Assembly (NCBI GenBank): GCA_965649765.1
Contig: OZ287753.1
Location: 62,744,001 to 62,808,000, forward strand
Source of the DNA: Bispira polyomma
Taxonomy: Eukaryota
DNA length: 64,000 bases
Direction of reading: 5' to 3'
Both the position numbers and the translations under genes were made by a program. The notes beneath the pieces are model-generated. The model saw only the letters and a list, made by a program, of their open reading frames with translations, was not told the DNA's origin and made no database searches. Positions 15,001 to 25,915 of this stretch are shown here, piece by piece; positions within the stretch are counted from its first letter, which is position 1, and each line of letters starts with the position of its first letter.

Positions 15001-18000
15001 ATTGAAACTAAAGAGGAGTGTACACCAGTTACTTTTGAGGAAGCTGCAAGTGAGCCATTGGAAGAAATGGTTTTAGTAAAGCATGTTGGTGACGAAGTAG
15101 AAATGGAGCCTGCAGTTATTCCTGACATGCCTGTATCACTAGATGTAGATAGAGAAACATTTGAGGAAGTAGCTGAGCCGTCTGGAGATGCAGAGCCAGA
15201 GGAAGATACAAAACTTAAATTAGACATCGAACTGCAACATGATATCAGTGAAGAACGTATTGACAAAGAAACTCTTGTTGAAACTGAACTAGATACAGAA
15301 GCAAAGGAAAGTGTAGAGACTGGTATTGCCTCAGAAGAATTTAAAGGTGCAGCCATTGGCGAAAGTTTGGTAACTGAAGCAATAATAATGGCCACTGAAG
15401 TAGTGGATGAATTTGCTGTACAAGAATCAAGTAAAGACATAGAATCTATTGAGGAAGTATCAGAGAAAGCACAGGAGAAAGATATTGATACTATAGAAGC
15501 AGTTTCTGAAGCAACAACAGAAACCGTTATCCCTGATAAGGAATCAGATGAAGTGGAAGGTGAACAAACTACTGTTGTCATAAAAGATGATACAGAAGAG
15601 GAAGTGAAAACTGTTACTGACACTGAAGGGAAGGATGAGTTGATAGAAGAAACTGTTGAGGAAGCTGTTAGTGAACCAGTTCTAGAACAGCACGTTACTG
15701 AAGATGAAGCTGAAATAATGCCAGCTGTTATTGAAGATTTGCCTCCAATAGAAGATGTGGAAAAAGAAACTGTTGAAAAAATGCATGATACAGAAAAGGA
15801 AGAGACCATAATTGTAGACAATGAAACTAAAGAGGAGTGTACACCAGTTACTTTTGAGGAAGCTGCAAGTGAGCCATTGGATGAAATGGTTTTAGTAAAG
15901 CATGTTGGTGACGAAGTAGAAATGGAGCCTGCAGTTATTCCTGACATGCCTGTATCACTAGATGTAGATAGAGAAACATTTGAGGAAGTAGCTGAGCCAT
16001 CTGGAGATGCAGAGCCAGAGGAAGATACAAAAGTTAAATTAGACATCGAACTGCAAGATGATATCAGTGAAGAACATATTGACACAGAAACTCTTGTTGA
16101 AACTGAACTGGATACAGAAGCAAAGGAAAGTGTAGAGACTGGTATTGCCTCAGAAGAATTTAAAGGTGCAGCCATTGGCGAAAGTTTGGTAACTGAAGCA
16201 ATAATAATGGCCACTGAAGTAGTGGATGAATTTGCTGTAGAAGAATCAAGTAAAGACATAGAATCTATTGAGGAAGTATCAGAGAAAGCACAGGAGAAAG
16301 ATATTGATACTATAGAAGCAGTTTCTGAAGCAACAGCAGAAACCGTTATCCCTGACAAGGAATCAGTTGAAGTGGAAGGTGAACAAACTAGTGTTGTCAT
16401 AAAAGATGATACAGAAGAGGAAGTGAAAACTGTTACTGACATTGAAGGCAAGGAAGAGTTGATAGAAGAAACTGTTGAGGAAACTGTGAGTGAACCAGTT
16501 CTAGAACAGCACGTTACTGAAGATGGAGCTGAAATAATGCCAGCTGTTATTGAAGAATTGCCTCTGACAGAAGACGTGGAAAAAGAAACTGTTGAAAATA
16601 TGGATGATACAGAGAAGGAAGAAACCAAAATTGCAGACATTGAAACTAAAGATGAGTCTACACCAGTTACTTTTGAGGAAGCTGCAAGTGAGCCATTGGA
16701 TGAAATAGTTTTAGAAGAGCATGTTGGTGACGACCAAGTACAAATTGAGTCTGCAGTTATTCCTCACATGCCTGTATCACTAGATGTAGATAGAGAAACA
16801 TTTGAGGAAGTAGCTGAGCCGTCTGGAGATGCAGAGCCAGAGGAAGATACAAAACTTAAATTAGACATCGAACTGCAAGATGATATCAGTGAAGAACATA
16901 TTGACACAGAAACTCTTGTTGAAGCTGAACCGGATACAGAAGCAAAGGAAAGTGTAGAGACTGGTATTGCCTCAGAAGAATTTAAACGTGCAGCCATTGG
17001 CGAAAGTTTGGTAACTGAAGCAATAATAATGGCCACTGAAGTAGTGGATGAATTTGCTGTACAAGAATCAAGTAAAGACATAGAATCTATTGAGGAAGTA
17101 TCAGAGAAAGCACAGGAGAAAGATATTGATACTATAGAAGCAGTTTCTGAAGCAACAACAGAAACCGTTATCCCTGATAAGGAATCAGATGAAGTGGAAG
17201 GTGAACAAACTACTGTTGTCATAAAAGATGATACAGAAGAGGAAGTGAAAACTGTTACTGACACTGAAGGGAAGGATGAGTTGATAGAAGAAACTGTTGA
17301 GGAAGCTGTTAGTGAACCAGTTCTAGAACAGCACGTTACTGAAGATGAAGCTGAAATAATGCCAGCTGGTATTGAAGACTTGCCTCCAATAGAAGATGTG
17401 GAAAAAGAAACTGTTGAAAAAATGCATGATACAGAAAAGGAAGAGACCATAATTGTAGACAATGAAACTAAAGAGGAGTGTACACCAGTTACTTTTGAGG
17501 AAGCTGCAAGTGAGCCATTGGATGAAATGGTTTTAGTAAAGCATGTTGGTGACGAAGTAGAAATGGAGCCTGCAGTTATTCCTGACATGCCTGTATCACT
17601 AGATGTAGATAGAGAAACATTTGAGGAAGTAGCTGAGCCATCTGGAGATGCAGAGCCAGAGGAAGATACAAAACTTAAATTAGACATCGAACTGCAACAT
17701 GATATCAGTGAAGAACATATTGACACAGAAACTCTTGTTGAAACTGAACTGGATACAGAAGCAAAGGAAAGTGTAGAGACTGGTATTGCCTCAGAAGAAT
17801 TTAAAGGTGCAGCCATTGGCGAAAGTTTGGTAACTGAAGCAATAATAATGGCCACTGAAGTAGTGGATGAATTTGCTGTAGAAGAATCAAGTAAAGACAT
17901 AGAATCTATTGAGGAAGTATCAGAGAAAGCACAGGAGAAAGATATTGATACTATAGAAGCAGTTTCTGAAGCAACAGCAGAAACCGTTATCCCTGATAAG

Positions 18001-18660
18001 AAATCAGTTGAAGTGGAAGGTGAACAAACTACTGTTGTCATAAAAGATGATACAGAAGAGGAAGTGAAAACTGTTACTGACATTGAAGGGAAGGATGAGT
18101 TGATAGAAGAAACTGTTGAGGAAGCTGTTAGTGAACCAGTTCTAGAACAGCACGTTACTGAAGATGGAGCTGAAATAATGCCAGCTGGTATTGACGATTT
18201 GCCTCCAACAGAAGATGTGGAAAAAGAAACTGTTGAAAAAATGCATGATACAGAAAAGGAAGAGACCATAATTGCAGACATTGAAACTAAAGAGGAGTGT
18301 ACACCAGTTACTTTTGAGGAAGCTGCAAGTGAGCCATTGGATGAAATGGTTTTAGTAAAGCATGTTGGTGACAAAGTAGAAATGGAGCCTGCAGTTATTC
18401 CTGACATGCCTGTATCACTAGATGTAGATAGAGAAACATTTGAGGAAGAAGCTGAGCCGTCTGGAGATGCAGAGCCAGAGGAAGATACAAAACTTAAAGT
18501 AGGCATCAAACTGCAAGATGATATTGGTGAAGGAGATATTGACACGGAAACTCTTGTTGAAGCTGAACTAGATACAGAAGCAAAGAAAAGTGTAGAGACT
18601 AGTTTTGCCTCAGAACGATTTGAAGGGGTAGCTATGACTGAAAGTTTGGAAACTAAAGAA
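1..18660 (+). repeat. Coding tandem array: 23 units of 819-825 bp (273-275 aa), E/D/T/V-rich
   Basis: VSEPVLE anchors at 61, 886, 1708, 2530, 3355, 4177, 4999, 5824, 6649, 7471, 8293, 9115, 9934, 10753, 11572, 12391, 13210, 14029, 14848, 15667, 16486, 17308, 18127. All length differences are multiples of 3. The last unit decays near 18600. Confidence 0.97.
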
Positions 18661-21541
18661 TTAATTGAAGTATATAACGATTCAAATAAAAAAAGTATTG
18701 ATAAAATTGGGCTTGGTTATGTTTCCGCAACAGATTATATTGATAAATCTGAGCAAGAACTGTTGGAAAAGGGTACTGATGGGTCGTTTGTTGCAACTGA
18801 AGAATCATTTGTGTCATCTTCATTACAAGAAGAAAGTGCCATAGTTAAGGGAGAAAGTCAAAGTGATCCATCATTTGAAGACTTTCTAGAGGGCCAGTTT
18901 GACATGTCTTCTTTTAAGTCTGACCATAGCGAAGATCTATCTGTTGTGTCTGGTCCAGCATCTGAAACTGAGGTAGATTTTGATGTTCAGAGTCTTGAAA
19001 CAGATGCAATTTTGTCTTGTGGTGACAGTGAAATTGCTAACATTACAGGTGCAACATTTGAGGATTCAGGTGATATGCTAAGTTTAGAAAAGAGTGATGG
19101 ATTGAAAGAGCACACATCTAAAGTGATTGGTTTTCAAATTGAGTCTCCAAGACATGAACAGAATTCATATACAGAGGATGAAAATGCATTGACTGAGCCC
19201 ATCTTCTCTGAAGTAGAAGAAGTAGAGTCCAAAATCCAATCGCCAATCATTAAGGAAATGTTCAGTTTTGAACCACAAAGTGACATATGCTTAATTACAC
19301 CAGACGTATCAAACCAAGATGATCAAAAGACAAAATCTGAAAATTTTACTCAAACAATTACATCTCTTTCTGAAGAAAATGTGAAGTCAAGTATGCACTT
19401 AAGTACCAACACTGACCTTTTTACTTTAGAACCACTGAAGGATGTATGTCTTGTTACTCCTTTACATGGTGGAAATGACATGGATTCTTTTGACAAAAGT
19501 GAGGGGGAAGAACAGACCAAACAAACAGAAGCTGACTTTTCAAGCGAGACACTAATTATATCTGAAGATGACAATAAAATGGACAAAGATACGGACAAGG
19601 ATTTAATATCTTCAGTTGATTACAGTGAATTCAAGATAGAAAGTGATATGTTGTCCAGAGAAACTCTTGAAAAATCAACACATGAATTGATGGAAGAGAC
19701 CAAAACTAACTTGGTAGCAGATGTGGCACTATCAGTGGATGATCAGTGTCTCGATATGACTCCATCTACACATGAGGAGATTGTGGACGAGTTGCCAGAT
19801 GGGACAATTGTGAAGAGGAAAATGATGAAAAAAAGTGTAAAAAGAATGGTGACAAAGAAAATAAGAACTGTAAATAGCGATGGAGAAGTAGTTGAGGATA
19901 TTGTAACTCAAGAAGTACCAGAATATGATTTGGATGAGGATCAAGATGGTAAATCCTATATTTGTGATGCCAGAGATACATTGTCTCCCTCTTCATCATT
20001 TTCTACATCTGGTATTATATCTCCAGCAGAATCTGTGTCTTCAAAGTCATCCATCAGAATCTATACTGACACAATTGAAGGTGAGCCTATAGTAGAAACT
20101 GACATTAAACAATTCGATGAAACGTTACCAGATGGACGAATTGTTACCAAAAAGGTAATAAGAACAAAACAAAAGCAAACAATTGTAAAGAGAATGGTCT
20201 TAGAAGGACCAGAATGCATGGATATGGAAGCTGAAGCAATGTTGAGTGAAGTTTCACCCGATTTTCAGAAATATAGTGACAAGATTGATGGAGCGCCACA
20301 GACAGAAACTGACACACAGTATATTGATGAAGTCTTACCAGATGGAACAGTTGTAAAGAAGCAAATTACAACAACACAGAAGTCATCCGTTAAAGCTGAG
20401 CGAGTGGTCTTGGAAGGATCTGATTTAGGAAAGCAGTTTGATAGTAGCATATCTAGGCATTTTGAGGGTTTTAAAGAGATTGATAAAGATACTATAACTG
20501 AGCCACATACATCTGATCTTTCATTCTATTCCATTCTTGATTCTCCTTTTGCATCCTCTTCTTCAAGTCCTATGGAAAATTTGAGTTACTTAGATAGTGT
20601 TGCAGCAGGGTTTGGTAGATCTGAGTTTCCCTCAGATAAGTGTAATGAACGTGTTAAAGATGATATTCCCCATGTTATTCTTTCAGGACCTCCAGAGCAG
20701 TATGATTCTTATATGTTAGATGGTACCCCAGTAGTTTGTGTAGACACTTCAGCAGTAGAGTCTTCTATGACACCTAGTTCTGCTGAAATGAGAGGTGATG
20801 AGAACCAAGATAGTAGGTTGGTTGCTCCCGAGATCTCCATCCAAGCACCAAGTCCATTGACCCAAAGTCCTGTTGATGATGATAGTGTTATTCCTAAAGG
20901 GTTCTCCCATGTGGTTGTAGATGAATTAGAGGCAGAACAGATTCGGGAAGATGGTGAGGAGGACCAAGGAACATTATCTTTTGATGTTCCTTTCGACGCA
21001 GTGGGCGAAGGCTCAGAATTACATGTTGAAAAACCTGTAGATTGGTCCGCCTCAATGGATGTTCAGGGAGGGTCAGAACCCCACAGTGATTTTGGGTCAA
21101 TAGATGGTGAATATACTTCACAAGAAGTAGAAGAAACCCCCGAGGGTGGAGATATAAGGGAAGCAGAGGGTGAGGAACGTCCACTTTCCCCTTCTGACTA
21201 TACACTTGATGCCAATCAGGATGTAGAGCCAGAAGGGAGGATAGGGACAGATATTTCACATCAGATATTCATAGAGCAGTCTATTGAGGCTTCTCGAGTG
21301 TCTTCTTCACTCAGTAGTGCTCAGGCAGATGACCGCCCGCCCTCCCCAACCGACTACACTTTGGTCACTGAGAGTGAGGTCAGAGATATGGTATCTCCTA
21401 AGGAGAGCATTCCAGAAGATGTATTTGGGGTTCCTGAACCAGTAGAACCATCGTCAGAGGCCCTTGACCAACTGAGTGCAGTGGATGAATTCAAAGCAGA
21501 TTCCCAGCCTGAAGAATTAATCCACTCATTGCATGGTGAAG
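1..21541 (+). CDS. Giant exon 1 (5'-truncated by window) of a probable giant ankyrin (Ank2/UNC-44-like); acidic repeat domain followed by unique S/T/E/P-rich region
   Basis: Frame is open from base 1, so the ORF-track start at 61 is an internal Val codon. Donor GAAG|GTACTA after 21541 is phase 1 and matches the next acceptor. Three E.LPDG.(I/V)V.K motifs (~19780-20420) resemble ankyrin C-terminal obscurin/titin-binding-related motifs. Coding status is near certain; ankyrin identity is about 0.65. Confidence 0.9.
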
Positions 21542-22849
21542 GTACTAACATACAATAACATTTAAAATACATATTAACAACTTGTTCTTTGTACATGCAT
21601 TTGTCTTGTTTCATAACTAGATAATGTTTATAAAAAAAATAGATAGATACAATGGCTACAATGTGTTAAACTTTGAAAAAAAATAACAAAATTGAAGTCG
21701 CAAGTTTTCCGTGTTTTAAAACAGCTGCAGTAATTTAGCTATAACAAAATCAGTTTCAGGTGAATTAAATCTATAGTCTTCTATATTGTGCATCATAATA
21801 CAGATACCAATAAAAGGTTTTCTTTGTTTTTACTTTTATATGTTTATTACAGGTTGATGTGTGCATTTTGTGGCTACATTTCAGCATGTATTTGTTTTTA
21901 GAAATATTTGCAATAAGTCACCATTAAGCGTATACAGTAATATTAAGAAACGTGCAGTATTTTTTTTTATCCAGTTTTTTTATCTGGTTAAATGCCACTT
22001 CAATGTGCCTCAAGAAAACAGTAAAGAATGAAGTTTATAAGCATGCAGTGTATTCAATTTAAACCACTGTAACTTGTAGAGCTTGTATTTGCTTGAAAAA
22101 AAGAAAGAACTATAGGTTTTGCTTCTGCTTATCAAATGTATTTGTCCACTGTATGTATTGCAGAAAGCTTAGTAAGTACCAGAATTGTGTCAGTTTCCAA
22201 AACCATTGTTCATTTGGACAGATGTTGCAAGTCATCAATTCCAAATTTTGTGCAGCAAAGTTTGTCAGATATTTAGGTTGTTTAGAGCTGAATGCTGAAC
22301 TGAAATACATGGTGGTCACGATAACCACAATGCATAACTACATACATTTTATAGGTTTTGATCTGATAGCAGATTCATAGTAGATACTCTGTTTTGCATC
22401 AAACTTGTGAATAAAATCTTAAAAAAATAACAAACTAATTAATCGACATAATCTGTTACATGTCGAGCATCCAGTAATGCAGAGATCTTTAAGAGAAGAT
22501 CAGGAATACAGATATAAAGATATTTTGATTATTTGATTTTATTTATTCTAATTGAGAGCTGCTGTATTGTGGTGTTCAGCTGTTGTTATATTGTTTTTCT
22601 GTTAATGGGATGTGCTGCTTTATATAAAGTAATGGCCCTCCTGTGATATACTGATTTCTGTCATATCATTTCTCATTGATTTAAGTTTCTTCCTTTTTCC
22701 TGAAATGGTAGAATTTTTACTAATCAATAGTAGATACACAGAAAATATTCTCAATGTGTGAATGAAAGGAAAGATTTTGTTCTTTGTGTAGCCAAGTTTG
22801 TTCGCCTTATTTTGAAATGTCTGAGTGGTTATAATATTATGCTTAACAG

Positions 22850-23788
22850 TTGCAGTGGAACCGAGTGAGCTAAAAGAGTTTGTCCTGGATGAGATTTCCC
22901 CTTCCAGTTCCCCATCTGATGCTTTGCATGTGTCATCCCAGGCCACTGCACCAGTTGGTGACCCCTATAGGTCATTTGCCTTAGTTCAGGAGGTAGATCA
23001 AATAGACATAGAGCTTGAGAGGGAGGAACTGGGTCCTGATAGTGATAGGCAAGAGGCATCAGATCTACTGCTAAGTAATGTTTCTGAAGAGACATTTGAA
23101 GGAAGTTCTGAACTAGTGTCTGAGCAAGCAGTTTTAGAGGAAAGGGATAGGTTGAAATCCTCTAGTTATGAAGATATCTATTGTGGAATTAAGGCTCCGT
23201 TGGAAGATGATGATGAGATAATCATACCCAGTGAACCTCTTGATATTGGAGATAGGCATGAGCGCAAGCATGTTGCCAGTTTGATTAGCTCAGATCATGG
23301 TAAAACATCTAGCTTTGAGAATTTGTATGAGGCGAGTTCTAAGGAGGCCGAATATGTGGATGATAAGGATGTAGATGAGGGAGATGGGGAGGTGGAGAGT
23401 GACCTTGATAGACCAGAGAAAGGTGTAGGTGAGGATGAGAAGTATTACGTTCAGTCTCCCCCACAAATGTACATGTCAGCCCAAACTGAATCACACCTTG
23501 ACCTTGAGTTAACACCCTGTCCAGCCCCCACCACTACCACCCAAAAATCACCTCAGTTTTCCTCGCCGATTGACAAGACACTAGCCTCTGGCCTAGATCT
23601 GGTTGGTCATGATGATGGGGATAATGCTGCTACAGCAGTGACTGGTGACGACAGAGACCCCCTGGAACGGTCCCATTCCTATGAAGTAGGGCATGAGCAT
23701 GATGTGGACAACTCTGATAGACACCGTCATTACTCCTCTCCAGATGCCGCCCACCACAAACATATTGATGGTCCGCATGCAGGCAAAG
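22850..23788 (+). CDS. Internal exon (939 bp, phase 1-1) of the giant ankyrin-like gene
   Basis: Acceptor ttaacag|TT at 22849/22850, with an in-frame alternative tgcag at 22855/22856. Donor AAAG|GTATCT after 23788. Acidic ORF with the same composition as the flanking exons. Confidence 0.85.
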
Positions 23789-24179
23789 GTATCTGTCACC
23801 TTTGTCCTAAGCATCTTTTTGGGCATTTTGGGTTTTTTTTATCTCCTTCTGTTGTGGGAGTTTTCCCTTCACGGGTTTTTTTTATTCTTGTTTTGTCGTT
23901 CTGTTATTAATGGCAGTGTAGTTACTACATGAAATTCTTCTTTAAGATATTTTTGTACTTAGTTCTATGTTAAACTTTTTCCATCTACCACTCATCTCAC
24001 TGGAGTATTTAGTAACTACTAATTTTTCATTATATTGTGTATAACATAATAAAATTTCTTAGTTCAAAACCAAGAGCCAAGATGCTTTTAGTTGACCTAA
24101 TCAATATGGTCTAGTGTTTATTTATATTAGTAGATTATAGTTTATGAAGTGATGGTCTTTTGATTTACTCTATGAACAG

Positions 24180-24275
24180 ATGGCTTGGATGAGGTAGAAG
24201 GAGCTGATGACGATCCGATGAGTAGTAGTTCCAGCTCTTCAGAAGTAGCACAGTTGGAAGATGTTTATGCCCCAG
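24180..24275 (+). CDS. Small 96 bp exon (DGLDEVEGADDDPMSSSSSSSEVAQLEDVYAP), phase 1-1; absent from ORF track
   Basis: Acceptor gaacag|AT, donor CCCAG|GTTGGC; open, acidic and frame-preserving. Confidence 0.75.
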
Positions 24276-24502
24276 GTTGGCATTTCTCTCTATGTCATAT
24301 GCTTGATGTGTTTGGTGTTGTTCTTGTGCTTTGATTTGTTTATATTTCTCTTTTAGATACTTATAATGGTACGTGTTGTCAGCATAGGTTTTCCTGAAAT
24401 CATATTTGTAGGTCCTGCTCATGTTATTATATCAGTGATTACTACTGTAGATTTCACTTAGTCCCAATAAATATTTTGACTATTGAAAAGTAAGTCAATA
24501 TA

Positions 24503-24969
24503 CAGTCAAACTTCCAATAAATGTAAACCTTTTTTTTTGTTTTTGTGCCACTTTTTTACCTGTGTAGAATCAGTTATCAATAGATTTTCTCATTTTATCC
24601 TATTTTTATAAAGTAAATGTTGATGTATGAGTTAACTTTTGGGACATTTTTGATGCCAATATGAAGTAGTGAATTCATTAACTAAAACACATGATAACAC
24701 TGTAGTATTGGAGTCCAGGTTTGCTATCATGCTTCAGATAGCCCAGATAAAATTGCTGTCTGAAATATTACAGTTTTAACGAACCTTTCTGCTTAAAGGT
24801 TTTGCTAAATGCATGAATCATGTATTGATAACGATATTTGATTTTACAATACAGCTACACCCTTTCCACCTCTGTCTGTTTGGTTTTTCTTGGTAGATAT
24901 ATATTTCCCTGTAAGTTAATGCTTACTTGTCAGTTATTCCATTCCTGTGCTTCATTGTAAGTTTGACTG
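24503..24969. mobile_element. Tc1/mariner-type MITE
   Basis: TA-flanked TIR CAGTCAAACTT ... AAGTTTGACTG. Confidence 0.6.
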
Positions 24970-25915
24970 TACATAGCATTTAAACGGTTGTATCCATACA
25001 GTGGTTTGGGATAAAAATAGCTTTGATCTTTTTGATAAAAGCCTACATAATTATATTCCGAAATGGATGAATCATTAATGCTTTTTAGGTGGGATGCAGT
25101 AATATAGTAATTACTTTAATTTTTCGGGGGCCCTATTTTTCTTTGCTGTTAATGTTTTCTGGAGCAGTTGTTTAAGTGAACCAAAGCTCTGGAAAACATG
25201 TCTCCATGTTACAAAATCCAGGCACCTCACATTTGTTGTGTTTGCATCTGCTTTTTTATCTTTAGTACGTATAATGCAAGGTAGTTGTACTGTTTTTCTG
25301 GGATCTACGTTAATAGTCTGTGGTCATCTAAGCTTTGTAAAATTGTTACTTTTTGAAAAAAAAAAATGTAAAAATTGAAGTATATGATTATAATGAAGCT
25401 TGAACAAGATTCTAATAATAGGTAATATCTTCACAGTCTAGTAATGTGGATCCCCTATTTATTTTTGTGATTTGACTTGATACTTTCTCTTTCAGATGGA
25501 TATTAGATTTTATATATAAGAAGAAATTTGTGAAATATTTTTTCACTGGAATTTTAATTTTAGTCCCTTGTTTGAATTAAAGACAGTGGATAAATGTTAA
25601 GACATGACTAAAATTGTATTCGTATCTTTATGTGGCTTTGTGCTGAGTAATGTGATAGTTTAGAACAAGTGGCCTCTAAGTATGCCACAATAACAACATA
25701 AATAATAAATTTTATAACATTTTAACATGTTACTAAACCCCTGTGTAATGTTAATTTTAAGAATAAAACATCTAACTGGCCCTTAGTATGTAACCAAAAA
25801 TTTAAACGCTCAAGTAAATTGGTAATGTTTTCCCCTTTTGCATGAAACCTGAGTTTCCAATTACATTGAGTTACTAACCGCATGACATGTTTGCATTTGT
25901 CGCTTTCGACTACAG

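Noticed and set aside
1164-18545. Long Ser-rich minus-strand ORFs (228-781 aa)
   Set aside because: Antisense shadows of the GAA/GAT/ACT-rich coding repeat. Each ends exactly where the sense variant IPHMP (cctcac) creates an antisense TGA.
61-18600. SxIP EB-binding motifs (TVIP, AVIP) in the coding repeats
   Set aside because: EB-binding SxIP sites need a basic, serine-rich context; these lie in strongly acidic sequence.
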